This document shows, in pieces, positions 1-13,704 of a stretch of 64,000 bases of DNA. Each line of letters opens with the position of its first letter. The first letter of the stretch is position 1. The stretch is taken from assembly GCA_000165425.1 (NCBI GenBank), contig CT868141.1, positions 310,001-374,000 on the forward strand, read 5' to 3'. The notes below the pieces were generated by a model. It was not told the origin of the DNA. It searched no databases and worked only from the letters and a program-made list of their open reading frames with translations. Origin of the DNA: Paramecium tetraurelia (Eukaryota). Made by a program: the position numbers and the translations under genes.

Positions 1-1572
1 TTTTAGGATGTCAGTTTCTTGATTTTAGAGGATTTTGTTAATCAGATAGAGTTTTTCAACAGAGATCCCACAACCAGTGTCAAACACTTCAAATGAATAA
101 ATTGAACCCATTCTGTTTATATTGAATTATATTAGGCCATTTTGTTTAGTAAATTTGACTGAATTATTTAATAAGTTTACTAAAATTTAGACTATTCTAT
201 CATAGTCATTATTTATTGTGCTGTCATCACAAGTTTGAACAACAAAGTTAATTTATTTTTATCGGCATTCATCCTTAAAATAATAATCTATTGTTTGGAT
301 TAATGTTGATATTTTAAATGAACTTGGTCTTAATTAGAATGTTGATGCTTCAAAATTAGCATAATCAAGAATATCGTTGATCTAATGTAACAGTTTTCTG
401 TTTGAAATGATTGCAGGTTTTAAATAAGTCTATTCAATTTGTTAGTGTTATTATAGTTTTTCAGATTTTAATTCTTATTCTAATATTTATAAAAGGGCCA
501 ATGAGCAATTTAATGGGGTTTTCAATTCATGAGAAAAAGAGTTTATCAGCATTGATTAAAACCGAAATCTTTCTCGAATTTCAAATTGTCTTTCTTTTTT
601 TGATATATTCTGTATACAAATCATACTTCCTTAAGTAATCTCGTATATTTTAATTTCATATGTCTTGGTCGTAGTAGGATCTCTATATTTGAGAGCATTT
701 TGATTAAAACTATCTGAGACTCCTCTATTTGTCTTGTGTTTGTTGATTATTTAAGAAATATCAATAAAATTACTAAATTATCTCTGTTAAGATATGGCTT
801 TTTTTCTAGTCTGACTGAAAGATTATAATCTTTTCATCTAAAACTCAGACATTTAATCCTCAGAAGAATTGAATATGGATTTCTTGTCCAATTACTGTAG
901 GCAAGCCCTTGAGTATTAAGACAAATTTACTTTTAAATCATCATAAACAATTGGGACTAAAAATTTTCTTCTTTGATATTTGAACAATATTTTTTCGCTT
1001 TGTAATTAGAATTTGTAATGTTTTATTTATCATCCAAAATGCAAATTCCAAATGGTAGAAAATTAAAGAGATCAAATACATCTTACTAATCTGTCTAGGA
1101 GTTTATGTTAAGATATGACAATTTTCTTTCAGATGATATCTAATTCTTACTGTTTAGTTATTTACTATCCTAAAAATAAATAATTTGATACATAGGAGTA
1201 GATGTAGAATATGAATGATACAAATAGAATTCCTAAGTAAACCCAATCTATGATTTGGAAAACTTTGAAATAAATAAAGCTTACACGACAGCAATAAAGG
1301 ACCAGTATTACGATCTTAAACTTGATGTTAAAATTTATAGACACAATAATTGGAGGCGTAAATTAGTGATCAAAGAAACATAACTCTAGGAGGAGTAATA
1401 TTCTTATGTATTTCCAAATCGAATGTAGATTCTTCTTGAGCAAAATGACTTACACCATTAAATTGGCTGCTGATATTATTATGAGATAGATATCCTAAGA
1501 GAAACTTGCAGTAATGAGATGTTTAAGAGCAAATAAAATTTGTATTCCTCTTCTACTTTTATATTTAATCAT
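1..1572 (-). CDS. Membrane-bound sensor histidine kinase (HisKA + HATPase_c), 3' end runs off the window
   Basis: Code-6 translation starts MIKYKSRRGIQILFALKHL with hydrophobic N-terminal segments. H-box SFSHELKTPLN, N-box ILVNLLNNSVKFT and G1-box FEVFDTGCGIS are present. Short intron near 1170-1191. Confidence 0.88.
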
Positions 1573-1654
1573 CTAATTTAAATAATTAATGTGAAATATA
1601 AATTTCTTAATAAATTAGCAATGTTTAGGATGAAAACTTAAATAATAACAGAAA

Positions 1655-2379
1655 TCATGATATCAAATGAAAATTAATCTTATTAAGATAAAAATACTGA
1701 AAATGTGTGAATGTTAAATCATTCTGGCGATTGTTAGAATTAGAATTATTCATCAGACATCTGTCTCCGCTTAAATTATTGGGCTGCTTAAATAAAGATA
1801 TGTCATTACATGAAAGCATTCTTCCTGTCGATCTACTTTCAAGTGATTTCCTGGCTAAATCATTAAAATCTTGATTGAGTTCTAAAATAATAAATAAATA
1901 TAACTTGTCCTCTTTAATATAATTTATTTGTAAATTTATTTCTTTTCATTGTCAGGTTACCAATAATTTTTGTTGTAAATTGACGAAGCAGATTGCAGTC
2001 GAGAGAGAAACTTTTGATTTTCTTGATGATTTTGAATTTCTCGAATTTTCTTTGGTTTAGATTGCTCACATGTGATAATTATGATGGTAATTATCCAGAA
2101 CTCTAACTTCTCAAATTATGTCTCTATATATCCATCATTTTAGATAGCAAGATGTTATTTTGGTGCATGATTTTATTCTCCTCCTCTTTGTGAATTTATA
2201 TATATTTAGTTACAATGATTATATTTGTTATTAACTTTCGATAATGAATGAGATGGTTTCCATGGTTCTCCATTATTGATTGTCTTCTTCATGTTTCTAC
2301 AATTTAATAATAACCTCTCCTAATCAGAAACCAATTTCTTTTTCTAACATATCGGATTAATTGAGATTAAATTCCACAT
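1655..2379 (-). CDS. CFAP97/KIAA1430-domain-like ciliary protein (3' end approximate)
   Basis: MWNLISINPIC...NMKKTINNGEPW...EEENKIMHQNNILLSKMMDI...ENQKFLSRLQSASSIYNKNYW resembles the CFAP97D pattern. Two tiny introns. Confidence 0.6.
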
Positions 2380-2404
2380 TATAATTAATAAAATAATATA
2401 TCAA

Positions 2405-4032
2405 TCATGACATTTACACATTCACATACTGTTTGCTCTTCCTCTTCATGTTTTATATTGCAAATCTCCATCTTCGACACATTATTATGCTGAATACTAG
2501 AAATATAATGAAAATTATAAATCCTAAAATTAAAACGACTTCCACAAGTAATTAAGATTAAAAGTCTAAAAATACTTCATTAATTGTAAGTCCCAAAAAA
2601 TGCTATTCTTAACAAATTACAAATGGATTTTTCTCTGTATTATTGCATTAAGTGGAATTAATCACTATCATATAACTCTATTCAATCTAACTTTAAGAAG
2701 AACAGACTATTTCTGGATACTTCTCCCTAATCCCCAAACCAAATAAGTAATGAGGAGTGAGACCTAATGAATAATGCACCTTTGAATTGGAATTCTCTAA
2801 TACAAAGCCATTAAATTCTTGTACTTTTTCCAATAAAGGTATCATAAAATCAGTTCCATGATAGAAATTCTCATCAACAAAACCACGATAAATATTGGTT
2901 CTCACCAATTTATGCACATCATAGCCAATCAATACTTTATATTCTCCTGCCTCTTAAACATCTTTCAATTACATGTCTTCTAAATAGAACTTATTATAAT
3001 AATATTCATGATTTTAAAAGTTGATCAAGATCTCAATTCCGAATCTAACCTTATCTTCAGTCTAAGAAACAACTAAAAATGAATTGTTTCTGTAAACAAA
3101 TGAAATTGGATATTCAATTGGAATGAAAAACTCTACTTTATTAATTATTATAATTACAATCGATAACATAATTGTCGTCCTTTAAAGTGACAAAATGAAT
3201 TCCTTTCTTATCATCTAATATGAATAGATTATTGTCATTAGTTTACACTTTTATTAGATTATTACCTAAATTTATTGTATACATTTCCTTTAACTCACCA
3301 TTAACAATCTTGAACACAATTACTCCTTATGTCCCTTAAACAACGAAAACTCTACTTGAGATTTCATCATAATGGATGTGATTAATAGTTGTAAATGTGC
3401 AATTAGTATGTTTAGTCACATTTGGTAGAGTTTTGCTGGTCCACTATTTTGAATTGAAACTTATGACTCCATTTTCTGAAATGACGAATAATAAATCCTT
3501 CGTCTTCAAGAACCTAGCCTTCTTCTATTAGTTCACTTTTAAGTCTCTGGATATATCTAGATGCTTTTGTTATACTTGAATTTTCTAAATATACTGAAAT
3601 TTGATATACTTGCAATTCATTTCCATTAGATACAACTTCTAAAGAGAAGATCTTATTATCATTTCTCAATAAAAATGCTGATTACTCAATAACAACCAAA
3701 TCAGTAAAAATATACTTGCCATCATCAGGGAGTTGAATTTGCAGTTGATCTTCAACTATTATTTTTCTTTCATAATATGAGCATCCCTGCTCTTATAATT
3801 GAGTATTATTTATCCTTTCATAATCACTCAAATTCCTTGAATTGCTTATACCTTATCGGTAATATAAGTCAAGATCATATGCATTCGGATACATTAAATG
3901 ATGAAAATTATCGATATTCATAGAGACAGCTGAATCAGTTGAATTGAAATTGTCGATTTTTATTTCTGGCGTTCTTGTCCACTTAGAATAAGTTAATCCT
4001 AATAGTGTAGATAAAATATAATAAGAAAACAT
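2405..4032 (-). CDS. Hypothetical type I membrane protein
   Basis: Signal-peptide-like start MFSYYILSTLLGLTYS. Single C-terminal TM (VVLILGFIIFIIFLVFSIIMC) followed by a basic tail. TGA at 2405-2407. Confidence 0.75.
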
Positions 4033-4127
4033 TAATAAAAATTAATAAGGGACCATACAATGTGAAATTTGCCATATATTCAGTATTGGAGTATGAAGAA
4101 AGTAACAAAATACAATACATTTAAATA

Positions 4128-4730
4128 TCATTAATTACTCCTGGCAGTTTGAACATTATTGGGGTTTCGCTTTGAGTTCCCAAATGGATATTAAGTTACA
4201 ACACCACTACAACCTGAGAATTTACGTAGAGGCTGATTAAGAGCCAACGATTTAGCTAGAACGATCTTTTCCTGATCTCGATGAACCGATTTAGATATGG
4301 CATCATGTCTATTTTTTATTATTTTTTTATTGTTATAAGATATTTGGATTTCGTCCATTTTTTATTATAGTATTTGATTATCTTACTTTAATTATTGTTA
4401 TTGTGATAAATATTAATTGAGTTATTATTGTAAACTATTTTATTACATGATATGCTATTCTAATTTATTTTTGAGATTATCATTCTCAATTTGCAATCCA
4501 TTCATTTTGTTTAACAATAACAGAGATGTAGTATTGTTATTAGATCGATTGTTATGATTGGATTACTCTTAATTACTGAATACAATGTCTTTATTTACTT
4601 CTGAATGGTTATTTCTAAATTCGAATTGGCATAAAGATAGTAAACTTGATTGAATATTTGGTAATTGGGGACTCAATAATAACTAAACTAATTCTTCTAT
4701 TGTTAATGTGATTTCTGCATTGCTATTCAT
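4128..4730 (-). CDS. Hypothetical Q/N-rich coiled-coil protein, 200 aa
   Basis: Intronless code-6 ORF MNSNAEITLTIEELVQLLL...NPNNVQTARSNQ*. Confidence 0.7.
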
Positions 4731-4753
4731 TTTATAAAGTTTAATTTATAAAT

Positions 4754-5444
4754 ATGTCAAATTAAGATGAGTTAAAAAGACTTATGGAAGAAAAAAGAAG
4801 ATAAAAAGTATCTTAAGTTGAATTACCTAAAAATGCTTAATTGATGGATGGAAAAATAATCGTATTACTTTATTATTTATCATTTAGTGTGTGGAATGTG
4901 AATCAATTAATGAGACTCTTACAGATTTCAAGAGACATCTGATTGGATAAAGACATAAAGATGCTTTGTAAGTATTGAAAAGAAATGCTTAAATAGATGT
5001 AAATAGATTAGAGAATGAAGCATTTCGAGAAGAGAAAATGAAAAAACAAAAATTAACTAAACAATAAATCGATCGAATAAATAAGGAAGTTGATTAAGAA
5101 TTTGCTGAAATTGAGTAAATCACTTATGAGAAGAAGAATTAAAATGAATTGCCTGAAGATTTCTTTGAGTACATATTCAATTTTATAATATTAGTTAAAT
5201 TGAAGTAGAAACAAAAATACAATAGTAATTGTAAGAAGAGTAATTAAAGAAAATTAAATAATAAAACGAAGTAGTAGATGAAGATATTGATATTTTGAAT
5301 GAGAAGTAAGACATTCAAAAAAGAAGAGAAAGGATTTTAAAGAATAGAAGTTTGAAATAAAAGAAAGTTGAACTTGAATTCAATGAGGATGGACCATTAG
5401 AAACAGATTTTTAATTAAATTGGAAATAGAAAGGTAATAATTGA
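4754..5444 (+). CDS. ZNF830/CCDC16-like U1-type zinc-finger protein
   Basis: ELKRLMEEKRR; CVEC-x-HLIGQRH zinc finger after a 26-nt intron; ELPEDFF motif; C-terminal LNWKQK. Confidence 0.7.
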
Positions 5445-5472
5445 AGAATTCTATATTATCAATAAAATTAAT

Positions 5473-7092
5473 ATGTTAAATTTATAAACTGTTTTGCGAG
5501 CATTCGAGGAAAATGGATTGAAACAGGATAAATAATTCAATCAGGAGGAAATTCTTTATAAATTGGATATTATGGGAAAAAGAGAGTTCGATCAAGACAT
5601 CGCTCAACAAATATTCGAATAATGTCATCCAATACAAGAAAATTTGAAATTCTTATACAGACTAGCAGATGTTAGTCAAACTTTGGTAGATGCAAGTCTA
5701 ATACTGTATGAAAAGATTAAGAAGGCAGAACTATAGTTAAAACAAATTTCTTAAAATAAGGCAGTTTGTGAGAAATAATTAGCAGAAACATGTTTGCTAT
5801 CATCTTATCATTAGCTGTTTATTCTGATACTAGATTCTTATTTTTGACATTAATGTCTGCAAAAAATATACCTTTAAAGCTAAAATACACAAATTGTCAG
5901 ATATAGTTAATTTTGGGTGTCACAAATAAAATAGCTAAACCAGAATAATAGTATGATAGAGTAAATCCACAATTTAATTAGGATTTTGAATTGTAATCAA
6001 ATACTTCTTAACCTTAAATTTAAGCTAAATTCCTCCAATGATAACAACGCTTACGATTCAGTTTTTCATTTAGACTAACGCTGCCTCTCCTTCTTTGTGG
6101 GGATAATCATATATGCAAATTCAACAATTAGATGATCAAGCCTTAAAATACTTAGAACTACAATTCAAAGATCTATAAGGACGAGAACTTGGGGCTAGCA
6201 TTGAATTGGAGGCCTAGATAGTACTAAATAAAGTATCACTCTAAAAGATTGTTAGCATCAATACTTACAGACTCAATTGCAGAAGTTCGACTAAAAGATT
6301 TTCACTCTTGAAAATGATTTGAATGAGTACAGAACTGATTTGGATGTTATTGAGAGACCATTTAAAATAAAATTATTCAAGGAGCAGAGTTTCAAATAGC
6401 AACAGAATGAAGTTTTCGAATAATTTGATCAACATCCATAAATGAATAAGGGAGATTAGCTAAATCCAAATAAACTATAGACTCCTGAACACAGAGAATA
6501 AATACCATCTGTATTATAATCAGAAAAACACTTAGAATAATTTGAAGAAACACCAGATGCTCCTGAGATTTTGCAACATGGTGTCATTATATTCAGTTTA
6601 TATGGTTTGATCACATTATTTGTTTGTTCTGCTAAGCCCTCTTTCTTAGATGTACATATTAATAATCTGTATTGAAGGTCTTAGTTTGTCATGGTCTCAT
6701 GTTCACAATCTTCATGGACATGTTCGAAACATTTCATTTAAAACTCGTTGGAGTAGGCCTAGTTGCCTCTATCTTTTATGATATTTTATGGATGAAATAA
6801 TACAATGTATGATAGATTTCATTTCTAGTTTTGGTGGTTTAGTGATGATTAAAACAATCCGGAATGGGGATTGAAGGCACAAACATTATTAAGATTCGTT
6901 TTAATTTTAACATATATTTAATTCTTGTATAAAGTATGATACTATATATTATTGTAGTTTGTTGTATGTTATTATATATATTAATTTCATAGAGAATCCA
7001 TCGATTCCACAAAAAGATACAGTTTTACAATTTGGGGAATTTAATACAAAGTAGGTAGAAATAGGAATAGTTCATACTGGAAATCATAATGA
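5473..7092 (+). CDS. C2-domain, coiled-coil and multi-TM protein
   Basis: C2-like segment FLFLTLMSAKNIPL...VNPQFNQDFE, then coiled coil and several hydrophobic helices near the C-terminus. Multiple tiny introns. Confidence 0.65.
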
Positions 7093-7166
7093 CTTAATCT
7101 TATATTTAAGTTAATTTGTATACTTATTATTATAAGAATATATAAATGTACTATAAAATAAATCAC

Positions 7167-9447
7167 TCAATCTTAATCATCTATTTATTTCTCTTATTTT
7201 TAATAGTTGGGATTGTATTAAGATTTGTCTCCAAAGGTTCTTTTAAATTTATGATCTATAGCCCAAGCTTCATTTAAATATTATGGTTTCATTTCATCTT
7301 TATATTAAATATAAATCAATACTTAAAAAGTTATCTCTCCAAAAAACCAAAAACTCATCTATTTCTTCTTCTGTTTTTAATTGTTCCACAATTAATTTTC
7401 CTTAATCAGAATTATCATCATTTTAATTAAATAACTCTTCATTTTATTTTAAATAAGAAATAAATGCTAAAAATTATTCATCATTAATGTTAATTAAGTT
7501 TTCCTCATATTTTAGATTATTCAAATCAAATTAATTAATTTATTTAAATAATTCTTGACTTTTTAATTATTCTATCTGCTTATTAAATTACATTTAAAAT
7601 TTTTAATAGGCCTCTTTAGGTAGATTTTATTTCTTTTTATTGTAAGCTTAAACTGCCTTTATTAAATTTTTAACCATATCTGGTAATGTCTCCTTTTTAT
7701 TTTATTTCACATTTATATTATATTTTTCTGCAATTGTTGCTTTTAATTTATCATTTAAAGCACTTGCCTTATGATGACAAGTTAAACATAAACAAACCAC
7801 ATCATAAGATCTTTTCCCTTGAATATGTTTTTTATATACAACTGGAACAATCTAAATTCAATAATATTATTTACATGAAATTTAAGTAGTTCATTCTCTT
7901 TTCCACAAATTACACATTAATTCACTCTCTCTATAGTTACATACTAGGCCTTATCAGATCCTTCTTCCTTAAACCCACTTGGATCAAATTTCAACTAAAT
8001 TGTAGGAGGATCTTCACTTATCAAATCAGCCAATCCTTGTTTCAAATACCACCTCACTTTTTTTTCATCACAATTGCACAAAAAGAAGTTCTCCTTTGTG
8101 TATATTTTACAATTTCCATATGCTGGCTTTTTTCTTGTGTATTTTTCTACGAATTCTGTTTGCTTTTATTTCTTTTAATCCATTTTTTGTTATGATTAGT
8201 TGTTCTTAGGTTCTGGCGACATTTACAATGCTTCAAATATTGCAGTTAATCCAAATTTAATAAAATTTTAATCAAAAATAAAGCTCTAATAAAGTCCTTT
8301 GCAAAAAGATTTAAAATAAACTTCCCAATCTTGATCAATCTATTTTTAGATGTATTCCAATGTCAATTCAAATTATTTATTTGAATAATTCTAAAAGTCA
8401 GGATAAGTCAACTTATAAACCTAAATGTCTTGAATATTTAATCTTTAATAAATATGAATAGCAATTAAAATGACTTGTTCATTCTCTTCTAAACATTCAA
8501 CTGGATCATTGTGATGAATAGCATAATCCTGTCTAATCTTCATGATTTCTAATGCTATAAACTTAACCAATTAAACAGCAACAGGCTGAGTCTTTAAAAA
8601 AGAATAGATTGGAGACTTGTCATCATTTTCAGCAACTATTTGCATTAGGAGATTGTATTCTTTATCAATAATTTTAGCTAAGTCTTAATTTGATAGGATA
8701 GGTTTCTTATAATCTTTAAGAATAGCCTTCTCGAATTTCTTTTAAATTTTGCTCTGCTTTTTGATATCGGCTTTGCTCAATTCTTCCAGTAAAACATATC
8801 TCAGATATGGCAAATAATAGCAATCATAAGCAGCATAAATTAATTACTCTTAAGTTAAAGGTCTTTCAGCCCAATCAGATGTCTGCATATTAGTTTTATA
8901 AGATTTAGAAACTTGATGATCACAATATTATTTCCAAAGGAAAATCAAGGAACTACCTCCCTCTATTAAAGATAGAATTAAACATTTTACTTAATTTGCA
9001 TTCATCTGCAACTTCTTTTATATCAAAAAAATTCTAGATAGTAATTTAAAAGTCTCTTTTCAACCACAAAACATCAGTACTCCCTGCATAAAACACTTTT
9101 ATTATTTTATCATCTTCAAATATTTACTTGAAAACATTTATCAATTTTTGATTGTCTACTCCAATTTCAATCACATCTATTATATAAACATCTTCGTCAT
9201 CCTTAATCTATACAATGCTTATTTATCCATCAAATCCAATGTCATTCGTATGTTCAATGTCGACCCCAATGATAGATCCCTTCAATTAAAACTAATTTAA
9301 TTCATTCTCATTAGAAATGTATTTAAATAGTTTTGAAAGATGTTGCTTTTATTGATTTTTGAAATTAGTAATAATCTCTTCAGGAGTATTTCCTTAGGCT
9401 GAATATAACTTTTAAAGAACTTGGATATCTTCTAATTATTCTTACAT
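7167..9447 (-). CDS. RRP6L3-like DEDDy 3'-5' exonuclease with C-terminal HNH-like Zn-binding domain
   Basis: ExoI GVDIEH, ExoII STDVLWLKRDF, ExoIII SDWAERPLTQEQLIYAAYD. C-terminal YGNCKIY...CDEKKVRWYLKQGLA...CVICG...FHIVP...DVVCLCLTCH...RTFGDKSQY. Frame is continuous across 8220-8340. Confidence 0.85.
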
Positions 9448-9471
9448 AAATATTAAATTATTTATTTAATA

Positions 9472-10764
9472 TCATGATTATAATTATTATTACTATTAAT
9501 TTTCTTATTATTAGTCCAAAAGTTCTTGTTCTGCCTATCTAGCAGCTTCTTCCTCAGCTAATCTTTAATCTTCTATTTCTTTAAGTCGTCTTTCTTCCTC
9601 CATTCTTTTATTTTCTTCCTTCTCTCTTTTTTTTCTGGCAATTTCCTCATATTTGTCCTCGATCTGTTATTACCTTCTTTTTAATGAATTTGAATGCTCA
9701 ATAGTAATAGTTTCTTCGATAGTATTTAACATATCCTAATAATGTTAATGATTTACTATTAAAATTAGACGCATTATCATTTTCATCAACTAACTAATTT
9801 AACACATTTTCATAAACCCAAGGAATATACTCATATAATAAAGCTGTTTCTAATGGATCTCGAAAAACGCCTAAATCCTATAATCTCTTAATTGTATTTT
9901 ATTTAAGAGGATTTATTAATGATTTTGATAGATTTCTGCAAACTATTTTTTAATGACTTTGCTTTTGTATTTTTAAAAATGTTTCATATTGCAATTTTCT
10001 TCTTGCCTCCTCTTAATCTAATCTTTATTGAACAGCCTCCAATCTTTGCATTTCTGATAGAACTGAAGTCTTTTATTTTTCATGTTATTTCTATTAGTGC
10101 TTCATTAACTTAATTTCTTCTTCTTCCAATACTTCCATTCTTGATTGTTCCAATATCTTATTCATTAAGACCTACAAGATTGGTTCTACTTCCTAATCAA
10201 AATCAAAGAGATCTCCTTCCCAAATTTAGGTTTCCTTAAGATTTTTAGTATTTTTACTTTATCTATACCATTCTTCTTCGGTACAAACAATCTATCAGGT
10301 GGTTTATCAATATAGTAGTCGGTTTATGCATCCATCTCTTATTCAGGTGGTTTATCTGTCAATATTTCTAAATATTCATCAGTTTAGATATCAATGTTAA
10401 CACGATTTTAAAATGGTCTAGGAGTGCTTGGATGTAAATAGGTTGTCTATGGTTATTAAGCCTAGGATCATAATTTTAATATGTAACTGATTTTTGTTAT
10501 GGTTTTTTGAATGATTTCAGTGTCATTAATTTTTTATCACCTTATGTTTACACACTTGCATAAGTATTTCCTCTTACAACCCTTTTATCAAACATTATAT
10601 TGCATCCCAACAATGAACTTAATATAATCATCATTTACCAACCTATTATTTTGATCCTCTGAAGATAATAAAGCCGGTTATCTGTATTTAGGTTTCGGTT
10701 TCACAACTTCTGGAGCAGCTTTGAATTCGTAATTCTCTCCAGCCAATGCCTGAGCTTATGCCAT
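9472..10764 (-). CDS. RSP3: Radial spoke protein 3
   Basis: NIMFDKRVVRGNTYA; IQTDEYLEILTDKP; TQIWEGDLFDFDQEVEPILQVL...ILEQSRMEVLEEEE. Confidence 0.95.
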
Positions 10765-10828
10765 TGTAATTAAATTATAATAATAAACATGTATTATTAT
10801 ATAAATTAAATAAAACAATTCTAACAAA

Positions 10829-11918
10829 TCATTCAATTTTTGAATTCTTTGCAGCAACTTGAATGGCGTCAATCATTTAGTTCCAAAATTCATCAACAAC
10901 TACTTTTCTTGCAAACTATATAGTTGGCTCCTATCCAAGAATCCCCTATTTATCAATTATAGTTCTTCCATAACACAATTTAGAATCACAATCGACTGCG
11001 CAATAAACAGGTTTTATTACATATAATTCTGGATGTAATGCATAAAACACAGCAACAGCTAAACTTAGAATCAATATATTACGATCATGAATTGGAGGGA
11101 AATCAAATTCTTATGCCTTGTATGCTGCTTAATATTCTTAGAGCATTTCCAAACACCAATCGGAAAACTTTGTGTTTATGCTTTTAATTCTTTGTTAAAG
11201 GGGCTCTAATAATTAACATGTCTAATAATTTTATAAATTAATGTATAGTACGTATGTTAGATCTAATGAAATCATAACTAATTTCAATGAATGCTATTTG
11301 CATACATCAATCACAAATTGGGCAGCCTCAGGGTCTGAATAGATATTGTATTCAGAATTAGGTGTCACATTCCCAAATCCCGATGTTCCACCCATAAACA
11401 CAATCTCTGAAATTTATGGTATAATGTCCTCGTGATCACGAAGTAACTTGGCAATGTTAGTCTATGGACCTGTTATGACAATTGTAAACTAACTTAATTA
11501 TATTCTTATACTTGTTAATCCCCTGCAGTTTATTTAATAAGATCATATAATTCTATGTCTTCTAAGGGCTTGAAGGAAGAAATTAATTTATCAACCGAGT
11601 ACAACCCTAACATAGATATTTTGATCAATCAACCTTATGTCCCGTGCATTTTAGTTGTAGCTCTTGTCGATTTTAATGAAAATTCAGCTCCTTTAAACAC
11701 AGGTATATCAGTTCGTCCTAGTGAACTCAGTATACGAATAGTGTTATTTGTGCAGTTTTCAAGACTATTTTCAATACAAACTAATACCTTGTGTTTCCAA
11801 AACATGTGGAAATTCCAAGTAGATTTGATTTTGGATGAAACAATGATAAAATAACTGCCATTGCATCATCATTCCCAACATCACAATCTAACCATAATTT
11901 AACCTTTTCAGCTTCCAT
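10829..11918 (-). CDS. Inosine-uridine-preferring nucleoside hydrolase
   Basis: [13 protein letters not shown]sp cluster; [25 protein letters not shown]. Confidence 0.93.
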
Positions 11919-11994
11919 ACTTTTTTTTACAATAATTTTAATATTTAAATAATCACTCATTTTCAACATAAAAATTTGTTTTATAATATTAATG

Positions 11995-12437
11995 TCAATT
12001 ATGTGTAATGCTATAACCTTTTTTCATTTTCATTCATTCTATAAAATATTTGATCCTTCTATTATGTCAATAAGAAGTATATTAAACATGAAATTCTTCA
12101 TATTCCTATTCTGCTTATCAAATCAGCATAAACATCTAAAAACTTCCAATTCACACTTAAAATACTTTCTTTTTAATTATTTATATTATCTGATATTTCC
12201 AAAAATATCAGATAATTCAGATTTTAATTTTTGTTTCATCTCCATTTACTTAGATATACTTTTTCTGATTTTCAAAATATTTCTACTTTGATTTCATACT
12301 TTGAGATTGGGTTCAAATATGTATTTTTAAATACTTCAATCGCATTTGTTCTTAATCAATTGTCACTTTTGATTCTTAACTTGAAATGGTATGTTCATCC
12401 TCTTGGTTTATTTAAATTATTTAAAAAGATATTGCAT
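11995..12437 (-). pseudogene. Possible decayed gene remnant
   Basis: Coding-like E/K/Q-rich pieces (QEDEHTISSQESKVTIDQEQMRL; QMEMKQKLKSELSDIFGNI) interrupted by in-frame TGA and frameshifts. Confidence 0.35.
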
Positions 12438-12819
12438 TAATAATATTACTAATTAATGTATTTATTTAAAAAATTTATTGTTTAATCATTGACTTGATTT
12501 ATATTTAATACTATTTTTATGGAAAAGAAAAAATATAATATAATATATAAATTGATTATAATATAGATTCACAATTTATGTTATAATTATTAAAATATCA
12601 ACTTATTATTCTAGATATTGGTTGAGATATAGATTTACTTATAATGTTATTGAAGTTATCACTTCTTTTCTTTAAAGATTGAATTCAAACAGAGATGTAT
12701 AATTTTAGAAACTTTCAATGAAAACTCTCTTTAATTTTCAGAATAAACAAAATGATTTATTACAATTTAATATATATTATAAAATTTTGAGATCTAAGAA
12801 AGCAAAATTAAATTCATTA

Positions 12820-13344
12820 TCATTTTGAGATTTTTTTATGTTTAATAGAAAAACAATCAAATTTATTTTTCTTAAATGACTTAAATTAAGATTTTGTTTC
12901 TTGGTTTAGACGTGTTTGTTATTTTAAGAAACTTAATTAATTAACATAATCAATTTCGTCGACTTTAATAATATTAAATTATTCTATTGTTTAATCTTAG
13001 AGAACATTAGAAGAATTGTCAATAATTTCAATTTCCTATAATTCAACACTGTGTTTAGTAGATCTGTAATTAATATTTTCTTCCACTATTTGTTGATTGG
13101 ATTAATATAGAAACATGAAATTTTCTCCTTCCTATTATTACTTTTTTTTTTTGGCATTTTTAAGATGTTCATCAGTTTGTTCAGAAATACTCATTCTTTT
13201 AAATTCACAATATAGTGATTCTTCACATTATTTCTATTCGTCCATGTTTTAATAATATTATTCTTCTTTATCCTCAAAAGAAGCAATTGGTATTTAAGAT
13301 CTTTTCCTTAATCCAATTTTTAAATACTTCCTTAAAGTTTACAT
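12820..13344 (-). CDS. Hypothetical protein, 174 aa
   Basis: Intronless code-6 ORF MQTLRKYLKIGLRKRSQIP...DCFSIKHKKISK*. Confidence 0.6.
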
Positions 13345-13460
13345 AAACTATAAATTCGATTTGTTTTTCTAATTAATTCTATAAGGACATCTAATTCTAT
13401 TAAAAAATGATTTTACATTTTAAAAATTATTATTAATAGAAAATTAAATTAAAAAAAGTC

Positions 13461-13610
13461 NNNNNNNNNNNNNNNNNNNNNNNNNNNNNNNNNNNNNNNN
13501 NNNNNNNNNNNNNNNNNNNNNNNNNNNNNNNNNNNNNNNNNNNNNNNNNNNNNNNNNNNNNNNNNNNNNNNNNNNNNNNNNNNNNNNNNNNNNNNNNNNN
13601 NNNNNNNNNN
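13461..13610. other. Assembly gap (N run)
   Basis: 150 N. Confidence 1.
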
Positions 13611-13704
13611 TGCAGCAGTCCGTGGGCGACTTGCATTTTACATTTTTAAAAATTATTATTAAGTAGAAAATTAAATTTAAAAAAAGTTATTTTGTATTTA
13701 TATT

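Noticed and set aside
4033..4127. Possible H/ACA snoRNA or SECIS (GTATTG...CAATAC stem, ACA-TTT)
   Set aside because: The inner stem is weak, there is no second hairpin or H box, and no proper SECIS quartet geometry.
8200..8340. Two separate genes (exonuclease and HNH-like)
   Set aside because: The frame is continuous (…IFEALQMSPEP…), so this is one gene.
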